From the IMG/VR virus record IMGVR_UViG_3300025450_001231: a stretch of 64,000 nt of DNA. The stretch is one strand, 5' to 3'. A program made the position numbers and the translations under genes. Below, in pieces: positions 62,750 through 64,000 of this stretch. Below the pieces are notes generated by a model, which was not told where the DNA came from, did not search any database, and saw only the letters and a program-made list of their open reading frames with translations. Numbering within the stretch: position 1 is the stretch's first letter; each line of letters opens with the position of its first letter. The stretch is from a virus (lineage: Duplodnaviria; Caudoviricetes).

Positions 62750-64000
62750 ATGAAAAAAACACTACACTTCTTATCGGGAATCCCCCGCAGCGGATCTACG
62801 GTTTTGGCCGCTATATTAAACCAAAATCCTGCTACTCATGTGTCGACTACGTCTGGGCTAGTTCATGCACTTGACGGTTTAGCAAATACTTGGTTCAGTC
62901 AAGGATTGCTTAACGAAAATGACCCTAACCGAACAAAACTAGCAGAAACAATGCGTGGAATGATCGATGCATTCTACGAAGATACTGATAAAAAAATAGT
63001 AATTGACAAAGGCAGAGGTTGGCCTATACCTGTTATTATGCAGGCGATGACACAGGTCTTAGGGGCCAAACCTAAAATTATTGCCACAGTTCGTCCAGTT
63101 CCTGATTGTATGGCTAGTTTTGTTAGAGTCGCAAAACCCAAAGACCTTGATATGTTTATGTATGAAGGCCAATTAGCTGATCATCTAAGAGCAGCCTACA
63201 TCAGTTTACAAACAGGGTATGAAGCAATGCCCGAATGTTTTTTATTTGTAGAATACGACAAATTAATTGCCGATCCTAAAAAAGAACTGCAACGAATACA
63301 TAAGTTTTTAGGACTTAAACCATTCAAATACAATTTTAGTAATATTGATGGATCCACTGTAAAAGAAGACGACGAAAATCTACACGGTTACGAAGGTATG
63401 CACGATATTAAACCAGCGCTAGCACGTCAACATACCGACGACCCAAAAGTAGTATTAAGTTACCATTACAATCAATTTTGCCAGCCAGAATTTTGGAGTG
63501 ACGGTAAAAGAACTACTCCGACCTTAGATGATCTAGACCTTCAAGTAGCTGCAGGAAAAATCGGAGATTTTGCCGAAGGATGGCGATTAGCACAAAAATT
63601 AGAAAAAGAAAGACCTGGCGATCATAGAGCTGCGTACAACAAAAGTTGGTATCTGCTTAGACAAGGGAAAATACTCGAAGGCTATACTGTCATGAATCGA
63701 GGACGTTTTTGTGGTATTATTGGAGATAGACTTCCAGACACACCTGCACCAGAATGGGATGGAAAATCTAAAGGTACAATATTATTGTACTGTGATCATG
63801 GATTAGGCGACCAAATACATCAAGTTAGGTATGCAAAAGACTTAGCTGCACGTGGCAATAAAGTTGTTGTATGTTGCACTGGTATGTTAGCTAGTTTATT
63901 CAAAGATGTCGAAGGAGTTAGCGCAGTAGTACAACATGGTGCAGAATTTGGTGTTTATCACGATTTTTGGACATTTGCTATGGTAGCTCCGGGCCTATTA
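62750..64000 (+). CDS. Sulfotransferase-domain + TPR-like + glycosyltransferase (GT9-like) fusion, 3'-truncated
   Basis: Hand translation gives 417 open codons. MKKTLHFLSGIPRSGSTVLAAILNQNP is the PAPS 5'-phosphosulfate loop, VRPVPDCMAS the R-x7-S 3'-phosphate motif, followed by VEYDKLIADP. Then come a helical segment (AEGWRLAQKLEKE..AAYNKSWYLLRQG) and EWDGKSKGTILLYCDHGLGDQIHQVRY, which resembles the W.G...ILL..EQGLGD.IQF.RY motif of TPR-GT9-like proteins. Confidence 0.82.
   Translation, partial: MKKTLHFLSGIPRSGSTVLAAILNQNPATHVSTTSGLVHALDGLANTWFSQGLLNENDPNRTKLAETMRGMIDAFYEDTDKKIVIDKGRGWPIPVIMQAMTQVLGAKPKIIATVRPVPDCMASFVRVAKPKDLDMFMYEGQLADHLRAAYISLQTGYEAMPECFLFVEYDKLIADPKKELQRIHKFLGLKPFKYNFSNIDGSTVKEDDENLHGYEGMHDIKPALARQHTDDPKVVLSYHYNQFCQPEFWSDGKRTTPTLDDLDLQVAAGKIGDFAEGWRLAQKLEKERPGDHRAAYNKSWYLLRQGKILEGYTVMNRGRFCGIIGDRLPDTPAPEWDGKSKGTILLYCDHGLGDQIHQVRYAKDLAARGNKVVVCCTGMLASLFKDVEGVSAVVQHGAEFGVYHDFWTFAMVAPGLL

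Noticed and set aside
1-64000. Eukaryotic, NCLDV or bacterial surface-protein origin
   Set aside because: There are no introns, signal peptides, transmembrane anchors, sortase motifs or autotransporter barrels. T4-late boxes and the gp9/gp10-like motif favour a tailed phage. It is not fully excluded without marker genes.
1-64000. Stop-codon recoding, programmed frameshifts, inteins or introns
   Set aside because: The standard code gives near-complete tiling with TAA/TAG stops, there are no broken ORFs, and no intein or homing-endonuclease motifs were seen.

Overview
AT-rich, nearly fully coding 64 kb block with 18 genes, all on the + strand (first and last truncated by the window edges). It is most consistent with the virion fibre/decoration region of a large T4-like (jumbo) tailed phage. 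Support: a T4 gp9/gp10-type N-terminal motif, T4-late-type TAAATA boxes before nearly every non-coupled gene, and no introns. Sixteen genes encode Gly/Thr/Asn/Ser-rich, nearly uncharged structural-type proteins of up to 3779 aa. They are built from a shuffled kit of collagen-like GPQ/GPT runs, beta-repeat shafts, FN3, Ig/PKD, LamG-like, RCC1-like propeller and polyglycine modules. One small acidic protein may be a fibre chaperone. The last gene is missing from the ORF track because it runs off the window; it is a sulfotransferase + helical (TPR-like) + glycosyltransferase fusion with the same late-promoter box. Main hypotheses: (i) an extracellular-matrix-like, possibly sulfo-glycosylated virion coat; (ii) a duplicated three-gene fibre cassette; (iii) domain exchange and homogenisation between fibre genes; (iv) leaderless late transcripts and promoters embedded in GNRA hairpins. 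Domain names come from motif recognition by eye, not database searches. No tRNA, rRNA, CRISPR, integrase, transposase or reverse transcriptase was seen.
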